Shown in pieces: positions 47,989 through 59,205 of a DNA stretch of 64,000 bases. Origin of the DNA: a virus (lineage: Duplodnaviria; Caudoviricetes); the IMG/VR virus record IMGVR_UViG_3300024272_002379. One strand, given 5' to 3'. Each line of letters opens with the position of its first letter. Position 1 is the stretch's first letter. A program made the translations under genes and the position numbers. The notes under the pieces are model-generated. The model ran no database searches. It saw only the letters and a list, made by a program, of their open reading frames with translations, and was not told the origin of the DNA.

Positions 47989-49167
47989 ATGGATAAAGAA
48001 AAAATGAAACGATTACAGGCATCCATGACTCAGATTAATAAGAGATATGGTGCTAATACTGTAATGAAAGCCTCTGACGCTGTAGCTCAGGGAAAACTTA
48101 CAAAGAAAATTATTCCTACACCATCTTTGGAATTAAATGATGCATTGCATTGTGGCGGATTTTCTGGAATTGTTGAACTTTATGGACCAAACTCTTCAGG
48201 TAAGACTAGTTTGGCTATTGATACAATTGTTAAGAACCAGAAATTAGACCCAGATTTTGCAGTTGCATGGTTAGAAACAGAAGGTTCTGTAACAGAAGAA
48301 ATCTTAAAAGACCATGGAGTTGATTTGGATAGACTATTCTTCTGGAGACAGGAAGATGTTGGTAATGCAGAAAATGCCTTAGATATTGCACGAGGATTTA
48401 TTGTAGCAGGAGATATCGACTTAATTGTTGTTAACTCAGTTGCTGGTTTAACTCCTAAAGTGGAAGCGGAAGATGATTTGGAAAAACAGAATATCGCTTT
48501 AACTGCAAGATTATTATCTAAGTTCTTTAGAGTAGCGACTGGTGCTGCTTCAAAAGGAGACGTTACCTTATTGTTTATTAATCAGGTTCGTGATAATGTA
48601 GGACAGATGTTTGGTGATACAACTACTACCACTGGCGGTAAGGCATTAGCGTTCTATGCTTCTCAAAGAATCAAGATGAACCGTAATAAGATTATGGCAG
48701 CAGACCCAATTAAAGAAGAAGAGGGTGTGAAGATTTCTTGTATCGTTCACAAGAATCGTTTTGCTGGTAAGAACAATCCATTTACTAAATGTATTTACTA
48801 TGCAACATATGCTAATGGTATTGATTCTGTAATTCCTATGCCTGCACTCTTATTAGAGGCTGGTATTATGCGTCAGGCTGGTGCATGGTGGTACTATGAA
48901 GACGCTCAGGGACAGCTTATTACTGTTGACGGTATTGTTGGTAAGTTCAGTAGTAAGAATAATTTCTTAGATGTGTTACGCACCAATGAAGCGTGGTATA
49001 ACGAAATGATTTCAAGATTAAGTGGCGGTTTGGCATCTTCTCAAACTACAGAAGAAATGGCTGAAGTTGAAGCAGAAAATGCAGAAATTAATGCCCTTAT
49101 GGATGAAGTTAACAGATTAGAAGCTGCCGAAGACATTAACGATATTCTGGAACAGAATGAGCAGTAA
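47989..49167 (+). CDS. recA: RecA recombinase
   Basis: ELYGPNSSGKT, FINQVR, TTGGKALAFYAS. Confidence 0.95.
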   Translation: MDKEKMKRLQASMTQINKRYGANTVMKASDAVAQGKLTKKIIPTPSLELNDALHCGGFSGIVELYGPNSSGKTSLAIDTIVKNQKLDPDFAVAWLETEGSVTEEILKDHGVDLDRLFFWRQEDVGNAENALDIARGFIVAGDIDLIVVNSVAGLTPKVEAEDDLEKQNIALTARLLSKFFRVATGAASKGDVTLLFINQVRDNVGQMFGDTTTTTGGKALAFYASQRIKMNRNKIMAADPIKEEEGVKISCIVHKNRFAGKNNPFTKCIYYATYANGIDSVIPMPALLLEAGIMRQAGAWWYYEDAQGQLITVDGIVGKFSSKNNFLDVLRTNEAWYNEMISRLSGGLASSQTTEEMAEVEAENAEINALMDEVNRLEAAEDINDILEQNEQ

Positions 49168-49170
49168 TGT

Positions 49171-49755
49171 ATGTTGTGCTTTGAGTCTCATCTAACAAAG
49201 CAGGAAGAAAAAGCACGGGATATAATGGTTTATCTATTTAATCCCGTGCTAAAATTTATTTTATTAAGTGAAGGCTATATTCAGTTTAAAAAATATAATT
49301 TTAATAGCTGTAGGCAGACAGCTATATTAGGAGCTGGATACTTAAGAAAATTACTTCCAGATTACAATATTGATGTATACGAAGGCCAATTTGTAGAATC
49401 TATTGATGGAGTACCTGTGCCTTATATACATGCATTTATCATGGCAACAAAAGATAGCAGATGTCTTATCATAGATTTGTCCAGAACGGAAAAAAGATTA
49501 CTGTTTACACAAGTCTATCCAGATATTTATCCGATAACGGAAGAATATTCAAATATGATATTGCTTACTTTTAGTCAATTAAACTTAGAAGAAATGCTAA
49601 ATACTGATATACCAGAATTTATTACTGGTTACATTCCACGCCAATTAATGGAAGCGATTGAAAATCTTATTGAAGAACTGAAACAACTTCCAAAAGAAAA
49701 ACAATTAGAATTTTGTGACCAAATATATTCAGAGACAACAAAGTTAAGGAGGTGA
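49171..49755 (+). CDS. hypothetical, possible transglutaminase-like fold
   Basis: C..HAF..IID spacing. Confidence 0.55.
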   Translation: MLCFESHLTKQEEKARDIMVYLFNPVLKFILLSEGYIQFKKYNFNSCRQTAILGAGYLRKLLPDYNIDVYEGQFVESIDGVPVPYIHAFIMATKDSRCLIIDLSRTEKRLLFTQVYPDIYPITEEYSNMILLTFSQLNLEEMLNTDIPEFITGYIPRQLMEAIENLIEELKQLPKEKQLEFCDQIYSETTKLRR

Positions 49756-51659
49756 GTGCTTTGACAGATTTAAGTACTTTGAACGACCAACAACGCAATG
49801 CTGTCTTAGAATCAATAGGTAACAATGTTGTACTTATGGCAGGTGCTGGAGCAGGAAAAACAGCAACTCTTGTAAGAAGAACACAGTATCTTATAGATGA
49901 CTTGGGAATATCACCAAGTAACATCATGATGATTACTTTTACAAACAAAGCAGCAAATGAAATTCGTGAAAGAGTATCGGCTATTTCAAATGAATCTCAT
50001 AAAATGTGGATTGGTACTTTCCATAGAATCTGCACAAGATTAATGCGTATGTTTGGAAGTAGATTAGGCATTCAAAATTTTACGATTATGGACGCCAAGG
50101 AAGCTAAGAATTTAGTAAAGGAAATTCTTAATGACAAAGGAATCGAGTATACCCCTTTTATGGTAAATCAGATTGTTTCAAAAATCAGTACCTACAAAAA
50201 CAATCTAGTTAAACCAGCTAAGGTATTAGCTAATCCAGATGAGAAGAAGATATATGCAGATGTATATCAAGAATATCAGAATATCTCATGGAGAAGAAAA
50301 AATTTTGATTTTGATGATTTGATTATCTATACTATTTTGTTACTGTCGTCTTATTCAGATGTTTTAGAATGGGTGCATAACAATATTAAGTATTTAATGA
50401 TTGATGAAACTCAGGATACCAACAGTGCTCAGTTCCAGCTAATTAAACTATTGGCTGGAGAAAACAATATTATGATGGTAGGAGATACCTGCCAATCTAT
50501 TTATGGTTTTCGAAATGCAAAACCACAGTACCTTGAATACTTTGCAGACAATCATCCAAATACTGTAAAGTTAAAGTTAGAGCAAAATTATCGTTCAACT
50601 AAGACTATCATTGAAGCAGCTAATCATGTTGTTAATAAAAATAGATTTGGAACAAAGCTACAAATGTTCTGTGCCAATGAGACTGGTGAAAAGATTCAGA
50701 TATTAGAAGCCGCCGATGCTCATGATGAAGCAAGATGGATAGCCTCTGAGATATTAATGCATGGAGGAAAGAACCTATCTGACTATGCTATTATTTACAG
50801 AGCAAATTTCCAATCACGTATTATAGAAGAAGAGTTTACCAAATGTGGTATTGGATATACAATTTTTGGTTCTCAATCTTTCTATTCTCGTAAAGAAGTA
50901 CGTGACTTACTAGCTTATTGTAAACTTGTAGTAAATGCTTATGATATTGATAGTTTTAAACGTATTCTCGGCACTTTAAAAGGTGTTGGAAAAGTTACAA
51001 TTGATAATATCATCACATTAGCTCAAGATGATTGTGTTAATTTCCATGATGCTATTAACCATTATTTATCTAGCAATAAGGTTAGTGCTGCAATGAAACA
51101 CAGATTAAATACAGTTTCAACAATTTTAAATACAAATTACCAAAAATGTAGCGATATTGTTAAAGATGTATTATTCTTAACAGAATATAGAACTGAAGCT
51201 CAAGCTTCTCAATCAGAAGAAGCAATAGAGAAACTGGCAATCATAGATGAATTTGTTACTATGATAGAAGGAACAGAAACTAATTCTCCAAATGATACAA
51301 TGATGGAAATCATTGACCAAATTTCATTATTGTCAGATACAAAAGGTGCAGAGAAAGAAAAGCTTAATGCAGTTAAACTCATGACCGCTCATGCTTCTAA
51401 AGGATTGGAGTTCAATACAGTATTCATTGTTGGTGCAGAAGAAGGATTATTTCCTCATTCAAATGCATTAAATGAAAATACCCAGGATGCAATCGAGGAA
51501 GAACGTAGATTATTCTATGTAGCGATGACAAGAGCCGAAAAGAAACTTTATATTACCAGAGCTTCTCAGAAAAGAGCAGGAAAGGACGGCTTAATTATGT
51601 CACAAGCTAGTCGTTTCTTGTACGAGATTCCTAAACATTTGACAGAAGAAGCTTTTTAG
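49752..51659 (+). CDS. pcrA: UvrD/PcrA helicase
   Basis: AGAGAGKT, DETQD, QNYRS, HASKGLEF, EERRLFYVAMTRA. Confidence 0.95.
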   Translation: MSALTDLSTLNDQQRNAVLESIGNNVVLMAGAGAGKTATLVRRTQYLIDDLGISPSNIMMITFTNKAANEIRERVSAISNESHKMWIGTFHRICTRLMRMFGSRLGIQNFTIMDAKEAKNLVKEILNDKGIEYTPFMVNQIVSKISTYKNNLVKPAKVLANPDEKKIYADVYQEYQNISWRRKNFDFDDLIIYTILLLSSYSDVLEWVHNNIKYLMIDETQDTNSAQFQLIKLLAGENNIMMVGDTCQSIYGFRNAKPQYLEYFADNHPNTVKLKLEQNYRSTKTIIEAANHVVNKNRFGTKLQMFCANETGEKIQILEAADAHDEARWIASEILMHGGKNLSDYAIIYRANFQSRIIEEEFTKCGIGYTIFGSQSFYSRKEVRDLLAYCKLVVNAYDIDSFKRILGTLKGVGKVTIDNIITLAQDDCVNFHDAINHYLSSNKVSAAMKHRLNTVSTILNTNYQKCSDIVKDVLFLTEYRTEAQASQSEEAIEKLAIIDEFVTMIEGTETNSPNDTMMEIIDQISLLSDTKGAEKEKLNAVKLMTAHASKGLEFNTVFIVGAEEGLFPHSNALNENTQDAIEEERRLFYVAMTRAEKKLYITRASQKRAGKDGLIMSQASRFLYEIPKHLTEEAF

Positions 51660-51682
51660 TGTATATAAAGGAGGATAAATAA

Positions 51683-52135
51683 GTGGATACATGGAGAAGC
51701 TGGGACAATCACAACGTTGCTGACGTTTGTGATAATGGACCAAACTATATGTATAGTTTAATATGTGACTATGAAAAATATATTAAGTCATTTGGCGTTA
51801 TTCCAATAAATATTTTTCTAAAGGGATGGACATGTATTCAGTACGTGGATTTTTCAAATTTCCGTATAGGTGACACTGTATATACAGCCAATGGTGATGA
51901 GTATGAAATCATTGATATACCATACGAATCAGATGATGAAGTAAATCTATACGTAGAAGTAAGACACATAAGAAAAGATGGCAAGATAAGTTCAACTACA
52001 GATATACTGCAAACAGGAGACATTTATTTTGCCAGTGTTGTTCATAAAGACTATTATAGAAAGAAAATAAAAAGAGAAAGCGAGGAACCATTATGTCCGA
52101 TTTTAATTACAAAGACAAATCAGCCCCAAAATTAA
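51683..52135 (+). CDS. hypothetical protein
   Basis: GTG start with RBS. Confidence 0.6.
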   Translation: MDTWRSWDNHNVADVCDNGPNYMYSLICDYEKYIKSFGVIPINIFLKGWTCIQYVDFSNFRIGDTVYTANGDEYEIIDIPYESDDEVNLYVEVRHIRKDGKISSTTDILQTGDIYFASVVHKDYYRKKIKRESEEPLCPILITKTNQPQN

Positions 52136-52713
52136 GTGATGAATTCAAGAAAAAATTCACCAACAATATCAAGGGTAAAGATGCCATCAAGCTTGAGGGA
52201 TTGACAGCAGTAGCCCATGAAAAGGGTATGTGGAAATTTGAAACAGAAATTATCCAGTATCCTAGTGACCAGAATGGTTGGACTGCAATTTGTAAAACTA
52301 CAGTTGGTGGTTATGATTATGACCCTATTACAGAAAAAGTTCGTGAAGTAATTTATTCTGATATTGGTGATGCAAATGTTCAGAATTGTGGTAAAATGGT
52401 AGCAGCGTCTTATATTCGTATGGCCTCTACTCGTTCACAGGCAAGAGCATTACGTAAATACGTTAACATTGATATGGTATGTTCTTCTGAGCTTAGTGAC
52501 GTTGTTGACGAAGCTCCAGAACCAATTATCAATATTGAACAGCTTACAAGAGTTAAGCAACTTCTTGGTGAGAAGCAGATTTCGAAAGAAAAATTTAACG
52601 AAATGCTGTTCCAGTTGTTCCAGCACATTAACTACACAGGACTTACAGAAACACAGGGTCACACTCTTATTGCAACATTGACATCGTATATTCCTACATC
52701 GCCTGCTCAATAA
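52093..52713 (+). CDS. putative ssDNA-annealing protein (Rad52/Sak-like)
   Basis: IGDA..RMASTRSQARALR..SSEL. Confidence 0.55.
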   Translation: MSDFNYKDKSAPKLSDEFKKKFTNNIKGKDAIKLEGLTAVAHEKGMWKFETEIIQYPSDQNGWTAICKTTVGGYDYDPITEKVREVIYSDIGDANVQNCGKMVAASYIRMASTRSQARALRKYVNIDMVCSSELSDVVDEAPEPIINIEQLTRVKQLLGEKQISKEKFNEMLFQLFQHINYTGLTETQGHTLIATLTSYIPTSPAQ

Positions 52714-52734
52714 TAAAAGAAAGGAAGTGGTCTC

Positions 52735-53496
52735 ATGCATTATGTCAGTAACCGCTTCCCTGGTAAAAGAATATTAAGAACAGTTTTAATGGCAGTTCTA
52801 TTACTTCCTATAACTATTTCTATGACTACAATAACTATTAGTGAAGATTGTAGTCATAGAATTGTAACACCAGGGAAGATGACAAACCATGATAGTAACA
52901 ACGAAATTCAGACATTATCAAGTAACGAAAAATTAACCGCAGGAATTACAGAAGAACTTAATCAATTATATTCTGAAGAAACAACTTATGTTTCTTCATC
53001 ACCAATGGTAGTAGGCATTGTTACGCAAGGCGAACAGGAAAGAGAAAATAAACTATACTACGTTTATGAATCTCATATACGAACAGATTTAGATATTGAG
53101 TATCAGGATTACCTTTATCAAATGTGCGTTGAATACGATATTCCAGAGCACTATACTTTACTCTTAGCTCAAATGTATCATGAATCAGGATTTGATGTTA
53201 ATGCTGTAAGCTCTACAAACGATTATGGTTTAATGCAAATCAATGTATTTAATCATGAATGGTTAAGAGAAAAATTAGGTATTAGTGATTTCCTTGACCC
53301 ATATGACAATATAAAAGCTGGAACATTTATGATGAGTCAATTTTTGAAAAAATATGATGATGTACAGAAAGCTTTAGTATGTTATAATAGAGGCGAAGGT
53401 GCAGTAAAGAAAGGTACATACTCAACAAGTTACAGCGAGGGAGTTTTATATGACATGACGTTACTTGTTGAAATAGAATCCAATGGAAAGGAGTAA
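52735..53496 (+). CDS. SLT lytic transglycosylase, membrane anchored
   Basis: HESGF..DYGLMQIN..YNRG. Confidence 0.88.
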   Translation: MHYVSNRFPGKRILRTVLMAVLLLPITISMTTITISEDCSHRIVTPGKMTNHDSNNEIQTLSSNEKLTAGITEELNQLYSEETTYVSSSPMVVGIVTQGEQERENKLYYVYESHIRTDLDIEYQDYLYQMCVEYDIPEHYTLLLAQMYHESGFDVNAVSSTNDYGLMQINVFNHEWLREKLGISDFLDPYDNIKAGTFMMSQFLKKYDDVQKALVCYNRGEGAVKKGTYSTSYSEGVLYDMTLLVEIESNGKE

Positions 53497-53502
53497 CTAA
53501 TT

Positions 53503-54036
53503 ATGCTACTTGAATATAATTACGATAAGGGAAATCTTGTTCTTGAAATGCTTAAGAAGTCAGAAATAGCTACATTAACTATTTCACAGGTAGAAACAGG
53601 TGACAATACAAGTGCTTTTGTTATGGATTATACACTTGTTTCAGATTATCCTGAACCTAAACAGAATGTAATCAGAAAGGCTTTGGCTGAATCTTTACCA
53701 GAACGATTACAAATTGTAAACGTTTTAAATGGTTTCGTTGAACAGCAGATACTTAACAACGTTAATAGCTTTTCATTGAAATTTAATTCTGTTAATGTTC
53801 GTAAATGCCAGATTAGCTATCAAACTTCTTATAAGTCTTCTGAAGGTAGTTTAAATTTACTACCTGAGTTAATTAATGTTCTTGAAAGATATGAACACAT
53901 TGCAACTAAAATGGGCATCATGGACCAACAGACTAACGTTTTTAGAAAAGAAGCTGGAGGCAAGGGTAAAAAATATACGCCACTTACAATTGGCGAAGTA
54001 TCTAAAGCTTTACGCCAATCTTTAATGGAGGATTAG
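53503..54036 (+). CDS. hypothetical protein
   Basis: RBS. Confidence 0.65.
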   Translation: MLLEYNYDKGNLVLEMLKKSEIATLTISQVETGDNTSAFVMDYTLVSDYPEPKQNVIRKALAESLPERLQIVNVLNGFVEQQILNNVNSFSLKFNSVNVRKCQISYQTSYKSSEGSLNLLPELINVLERYEHIATKMGIMDQQTNVFRKEAGGKGKKYTPLTIGEVSKALRQSLMED

Positions 54037-54037
54037 T

Positions 54038-54427
54038 ATGGCGACAGCTATCAACAAAGTAGACAATATCATTGAATTCACATGTGATAATGAATTCTTA
54101 CCTGGAATATATCAACACTCTTCACAAGAAAAAGGTTATCGTCTACGAGCTTATGTGGATAAGTGGATATATCCGTGGAAATATACTATTGTACCTATAA
54201 ATATCAATAGTATTTCTTTGCCAAATAACACTATTGGTTTTATTCAGACATTGGTATTTTGTGACGACATACTTAATGTTAAAACTAAAGTTCTTATTTT
54301 TGATGAAGAATGTTGCTATTTAATGGTAAAAGCGAATGGATTATTTCCAAGAAAAGTGTGTGCGAACGAAGACATAGCTACACTTCACATTCTTTCATAT
54401 CAAGAATGTCACCTTGTCAATAATTAA
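54038..54427 (+). CDS. degenerate trimeric dUTPase-like protein
   Basis: GYRLRA..I.P..IVP..I..P pattern; catalytic motifs lost. Confidence 0.4.
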   Translation: MATAINKVDNIIEFTCDNEFLPGIYQHSSQEKGYRLRAYVDKWIYPWKYTIVPININSISLPNNTIGFIQTLVFCDDILNVKTKVLIFDEECCYLMVKANGLFPRKVCANEDIATLHILSYQECHLVNN

Positions 54428-54493
54428 ATACAAAGTTGGAATAGGCGGTTGAAAGACCGCCTATTTTATTATATAATACGGAGGTGTAATATA

Positions 54494-54760
54494 ATGTTAC
54501 AAATTACAATCCTTCATGAAGAAGGAAAGGTAAAGGTTGCAGAGATTAAGGACCATGCTAACTTATCAATATTGGCAGAGTTTGATGAAGTTGAGGGTAG
54601 AATTAATCTTGAACCGTTATTGTATCACGTTGGAGAAAAAGTATTAGTTAGTCATTTCAACAAAGTTGATGATGGTGTAGTGTTCGAATATGAACACCCT
54701 GTAACATTAACCAAAGTTGATAAAGATGAAAACGGAATCTGGTTCTTCCAATACAATTAA
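54494..54760 (+). CDS. hypothetical protein
   Basis: RBS at 54494. Confidence 0.65.
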   Translation: MLQITILHEEGKVKVAEIKDHANLSILAEFDEVEGRINLEPLLYHVGEKVLVSHFNKVDDGVVFEYEHPVTLTKVDKDENGIWFFQYN

Positions 54761-54777
54761 ATATTAAGGAGGACTTT

Positions 54778-57159
54778 ATGAAAATATTACACATAACGGA
54801 CTCACATGGGACTGTTAAAGGACCAGAAAGCAGAAAGGATGTATACTACATCTCTTTTTTAAAGAAATTATATGAATTAGGTTTCGTTGTAAAAAAGAAC
54901 AATATTGATTTAATTGTTCATACTGGAGACCTATTCCATACTGCTAGAGTATCTGATAAATTTGCAGGTCAGGTATCTGAAATGATTAAAGCAATGGGTA
55001 TTCCATTTTATGTGGTTCCAGGTAATCATGATATTGAAGGATATACCACAGATACTATTGACCAAACAAAATTAGGCTTATTAGCCAAAGCTGGTGTTGT
55101 TACCATTCTTGACAGAGACAACCCAATTAGAATCACTGCAAATCAGGGTGGCGAAGAATACACAGTAGCCATTAGTGGTCAGGAATATTATGCTCATATT
55201 GATGAAGGCAATCAGACAGATTTTGAAATGCAGCAAGATGATGCAGACCTTAATATCTTAGCTATTCATGGATATTTAGCAAGTACGCCACAGCATCCTG
55301 ATATTAAATGCACGATGGTTAATGATGTAGTTACAGATGCAGATATTATCCTTACAGGACATTATCATAGAGCATTTGAATGGAATGGTCCAGATGTAGA
55401 TATTTACAATCCTGGTTCTATGATGCGTGTTGAGCAAACTGACTACAATAAAACTAATATGCCTAAGTATGGTATACTGGACATTTGGTTAGATAGTGCT
55501 GGACGTATTGATTATAGATATGATTTCCATGAGTTTAGAATTGCTCAGCCATCTACGGTTATATTTGATTATAGTGCTAAATACAAAGCAAGAGCAACAT
55601 CAATTACATTAGATGGATTTAAAAATAGCATTTCTAACACAATGAGTGCTGTACAACCATCTATGGCTATTGATAAAATCATTAGTGACATTTGTGTAGC
55701 AGGTAATGTAGAAGCTAATGTACAGCAACTTGCATTAGATACTTATCATAATACATTACAGACAATTCCAGATAAGTTTGAAGTACAACAGGGTTATATT
55801 GAAGCCCAGAGAACAAGAAAGATTTCCAAAGTAATTCTTGAAAACTTCCAGTCACATGAACATACAGAAGTAACGTTTGACGATGGCTTGAATATCATTG
55901 TTGGTGAATCCAATAATGGTAAAACTTCTATTCTTAGAGGTATTATGTGGGTTATTAATAATCAGCCATTAGGAACTGATTTCATTATGGCAGGTAAAGA
56001 TAGTTGTTGTGTTCGTATCGAATATGATGATGGGTCATTCATTGAAAGAGGTAGAACGTTAAAAGATACTGGTTATTACAAAGTAAGATTTGTTGACGAA
56101 AATGGAAATATGACTCAGGCAGAGTATCGAGGGTTTACCAATGCAGTTCCTGTTGAAGTTGCAAATGTACATCAGATGCCTAAAGTAAATATCACCAAAG
56201 ACATCGAAACTCATTTGAATGTATTATCTCAGCTTGATGGTCCATTCTTACTTACAGAAAGTCCATTAGTTAAGGCTTCTGCTATCGGTAGAATTACTGG
56301 TACTCATGTTGTAGATGATGCTATTAAAGAATCAAATAAAACTATTCAGGGCAACAATAAGCTTGTAAAGAATTACCAGAAAGAACTTGAAGAAAAAGAA
56401 AATGAACTAAGAGCGTTACCTGATATACAGATGATGTCTCAGTTTGCTGATATGTATGCTTTATTAGTAAGTCGTATTAAAAAGTTACATGATGATACGC
56501 AAGAAATTAATGACCGTATCAAGGTTCTTAATGGATTAGATATCAGTATTGCACAACAAGAAAAGATGTTCAATGAATGTTGCGTAATGAAAGGATTGTT
56601 GCCAATGATTGATGCTGCAATATCAAGACAGAAAAAGGTTAATGGTCTGTCTGGATATCTTTCTAGCTATCAGCGTAATAGTGATGAAATTCGCCAGCAA
56701 GAAAATATATTAAGTAACACAAAAGCACTTAAATTGGTAAAACCATTAGTAGATAAGGCGTATGACATTAAATGCTTTATTGACCAATTAAATGCTAAAT
56801 CTGCTTTATGCGAACATGTCATTATAGATGAGCATCAAGCACAAGATAGAGCTAGTATGTACAACAATTATAAGGCTGTACTTAATAATATAATTGTTCA
56901 CTGTCAGTTACTGTATGATTACAGTTATCGTATGATTCCTAAAGTACATCAGATAACTGAATTAGGAGAACGACAAGACAAAGAAGTACAGAATATAGCA
57001 GGTATCAAACGTACAGTTAAAAGTATTGAAAAGCAAATCAAGGATGCTCAGCAAGAAAAGAATACATTTATCGTAAGCCATGGTATTTGTCCTTGCTGTG
57101 GTCAAAAAGTTGAAGAGTCACATGTATCTGCTATTACCACATTTATGGAGGGACGATAA
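54778..57159 (+). CDS. SbcD/Mre11 nuclease fused to N-half of SbcC/Rad50 (Walker A, coiled coil, Zn hook)
   Basis: DSH, GDLFH, GNHD, GHYH; NFQSH, GESNNGKTS; terminal CPCC. Confidence 0.9.
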   Translation: MKILHITDSHGTVKGPESRKDVYYISFLKKLYELGFVVKKNNIDLIVHTGDLFHTARVSDKFAGQVSEMIKAMGIPFYVVPGNHDIEGYTTDTIDQTKLGLLAKAGVVTILDRDNPIRITANQGGEEYTVAISGQEYYAHIDEGNQTDFEMQQDDADLNILAIHGYLASTPQHPDIKCTMVNDVVTDADIILTGHYHRAFEWNGPDVDIYNPGSMMRVEQTDYNKTNMPKYGILDIWLDSAGRIDYRYDFHEFRIAQPSTVIFDYSAKYKARATSITLDGFKNSISNTMSAVQPSMAIDKIISDICVAGNVEANVQQLALDTYHNTLQTIPDKFEVQQGYIEAQRTRKISKVILENFQSHEHTEVTFDDGLNIIVGESNNGKTSILRGIMWVINNQPLGTDFIMAGKDSCCVRIEYDDGSFIERGRTLKDTGYYKVRFVDENGNMTQAEYRGFTNAVPVEVANVHQMPKVNITKDIETHLNVLSQLDGPFLLTESPLVKASAIGRITGTHVVDDAIKESNKTIQGNNKLVKNYQKELEEKENELRALPDIQMMSQFADMYALLVSRIKKLHDDTQEINDRIKVLNGLDISIAQQEKMFNECCVMKGLLPMIDAAISRQKKVNGLSGYLSSYQRNSDEIRQQENILSNTKALKLVKPLVDKAYDIKCFIDQLNAKSALCEHVIIDEHQAQDRASMYNNYKAVLNNIIVHCQLLYDYSYRMIPKVHQITELGERQDKEVQNIAGIKRTVKSIEKQIKDAQQEKNTFIVSHGICPCCGQKVEESHVSAITTFMEGR

Positions 57160-57437
57160 TGGTAACAAAATTTAAACCAGGACAAATTATTAGACATTTT
57201 AAAAGAGATTTCATTTCTCCGTTGGAGAAATCAATGAACAAATATTTGTATCAGGTTCTTGCTGTAGCACAGCATACTGAAACACAAGAACAGATGCTTG
57301 TATATCAAGCTCTTTATCACCCATTTCAGGTTTATACAAGACCATTACAAATGGCGGAAGAAAAGGTTGATAAGGTTAAATATCCTGACGCTAAACAGGA
57401 ATACAGATTAGAAGTGTGTGACGAGGAGGAAGCATAA
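57159..57437 (+). CDS. DUF1653 protein
   Basis: RHFK..Y.V..VA.HTET..VYQALY..RP..KYP..Q.YR. Confidence 0.85.
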   Translation: MVTKFKPGQIIRHFKRDFISPLEKSMNKYLYQVLAVAQHTETQEQMLVYQALYHPFQVYTRPLQMAEEKVDKVKYPDAKQEYRLEVCDEEEA

Positions 57438-57763
57438 TGGATTTTAAAGAACAATATCAGAGTTATGACCAGAAATTGAATCAGCTTAAGTCTCAATGTA
57501 CCGAAGCTGAAAAGCAAGCAATTATTGCAGAAACAAATCTAAACAATCTCAGACAGCAAAGAGAAACACTTGTAGAAGAGTGTGAAGCTTTTGCTGGTGT
57601 TCCAATGGATAAGGTTCCAGAAGTGTTACAGCAGAAAACAGAAGAGCTTGAGGCTATTATGACCAAGCTTGCTTCTATTGATGTAACAGGTCCTGTTACA
57701 CAGGAAAAACTTGATGCGATTAAAGCAATTACAGATGAATTTGCAGTTAATCCTGTAGAATAG
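57437..57763 (+). CDS. coiled-coil protein
   Basis: heptads; lies between the Rad50 halves. Confidence 0.7.
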   Translation: MDFKEQYQSYDQKLNQLKSQCTEAEKQAIIAETNLNNLRQQRETLVEECEAFAGVPMDKVPEVLQQKTEELEAIMTKLASIDVTGPVTQEKLDAIKAITDEFAVNPVE

Positions 57764-57774
57764 GAGGATTAGTT

Positions 57775-58485
57775 ATGGATATAGCGACATTTGAACAGTC
57801 ACTTAGAGAATTAGAAACAAATGTCATCATAGCTAAACAGAACGAAACAATGCTAAAGAAAGACATAGCTACTATTAAAAGCAAGATGTCTTCACTGGAA
57901 GCAATGAATCAGAATTTGGAAAAGGTTATTGTCATTCTTACTCAAGCAGCAACCACTTCACGAGATAATGCTAGAACTCATTTCGAAAAGATTATTACAG
58001 ATGCATTACAATTTGTAAGCCAAAGCAAAGACTATGAGTTCGTCATTAAAGAGCTAACTGGAAGAGTAAAAGCTTCTTACGAGTTTTATATCAAAAGTAC
58101 AGTTAATGGTGTTGAATGTATTCAGAAACCAGAAGATGCTAATGGTGGTGGCTTTGTAGATATTATCTCTGTAGCAGCAAAGTATGCGTATTTAGAGATA
58201 TTTAACGACCCTAAGATTATGAGTGGAACATTATTATATGATGAACCAGGTAAGATGATTTCCGAACAGATGTCAGTTAAGTTTGCCGAATACATTAAGT
58301 TCTTAGGAAATCATTATGGTAGACAAACCATCATGGTTACTCATAATGATAACCTTTCCAATGTTGCAGATAAGACTTTTGTTGTCCGCAAAGACAATAA
58401 TGGTATTAGTACAGCAACAGAACAATCTGCTATGGCAGTAGCTTTTGATGACGTGGAGGAATTATTAAATGAAAATACGAATTGA
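57775..58485 (+). CDS. C-half of SbcC/Rad50 ABC ATPase
   Basis: signature-like NGGG, LLYDEP, MVTH; no Walker A. Confidence 0.85.
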   Translation: MDIATFEQSLRELETNVIIAKQNETMLKKDIATIKSKMSSLEAMNQNLEKVIVILTQAATTSRDNARTHFEKIITDALQFVSQSKDYEFVIKELTGRVKASYEFYIKSTVNGVECIQKPEDANGGGFVDIISVAAKYAYLEIFNDPKIMSGTLLYDEPGKMISEQMSVKFAEYIKFLGNHYGRQTIMVTHNDNLSNVADKTFVVRKDNNGISTATEQSAMAVAFDDVEELLNENTN

Positions 58486-59203
58486 AGATTCTAAGGGCAA
58501 CGGTGTATCATTGGAAACTCCAGATGACAGAGGTCTTTCTTATATTGATGAAATCAGTGCTAAAATGCGTGACCTTATTACACATGTACGCATTGATGCA
58601 ATTAAGAGTGATATTGTCTGCAATGAACAGAAAGCTGTTCCTGCGACTCCTGTTGTATCTGATAGAGAAACATTAATTAGACCTCGTATCCCTAACAATT
58701 TGGTTGACGTAAAAGATTTAACAGTTAAGCAAGCAGTTACAGAGCAAGCATTAGTTCGTTGCCCAAACTGTGGTCAATCTCATGTTTTAGCAGTCAATGC
58801 AGGTAATCGCATTTACATGATGAGAAAATTCTATAGTCTTACAGGTAATGATGAGTTTAGAATTATTGCTGAATTCGATTCTTTAACTTCTCAGGACCTT
58901 GTTAATATGTGCTGTAAACCAGAAACAGACCGTAAGGCTTATTTTGAAGATATTCAGAAAGTCAAAATGATTGATGATAAAGATTTTGCAGTTAATAATG
59001 AGACAGAGGTATTTTGTCCTGTTTGTTGTCAATCAGATACGTTCTTCAAATGGAAAAGTGCATATGAAAATCCATTGAACTATTTTGAAACAGAATGTAT
59101 TTGTGATGCATGTGGTGGTGAAAAACTTGAAAAAATCGTAAAGAATCATAAAGTATATCAGTGCGATAAATGCGGTCTTCAAACCGACTTTAAGGAGGAA
59201 TAG
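58469..59203 (+). CDS. multi-Zn-finger protein
   Basis: four CxxC pairs. Confidence 0.7.
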   Translation: MKIRIEDSKGNGVSLETPDDRGLSYIDEISAKMRDLITHVRIDAIKSDIVCNEQKAVPATPVVSDRETLIRPRIPNNLVDVKDLTVKQAVTEQALVRCPNCGQSHVLAVNAGNRIYMMRKFYSLTGNDEFRIIAEFDSLTSQDLVNMCCKPETDRKAYFEDIQKVKMIDDKDFAVNNETEVFCPVCCQSDTFFKWKSAYENPLNYFETECICDACGGEKLEKIVKNHKVYQCDKCGLQTDFKEE

Positions 59204-59205
59204 TC

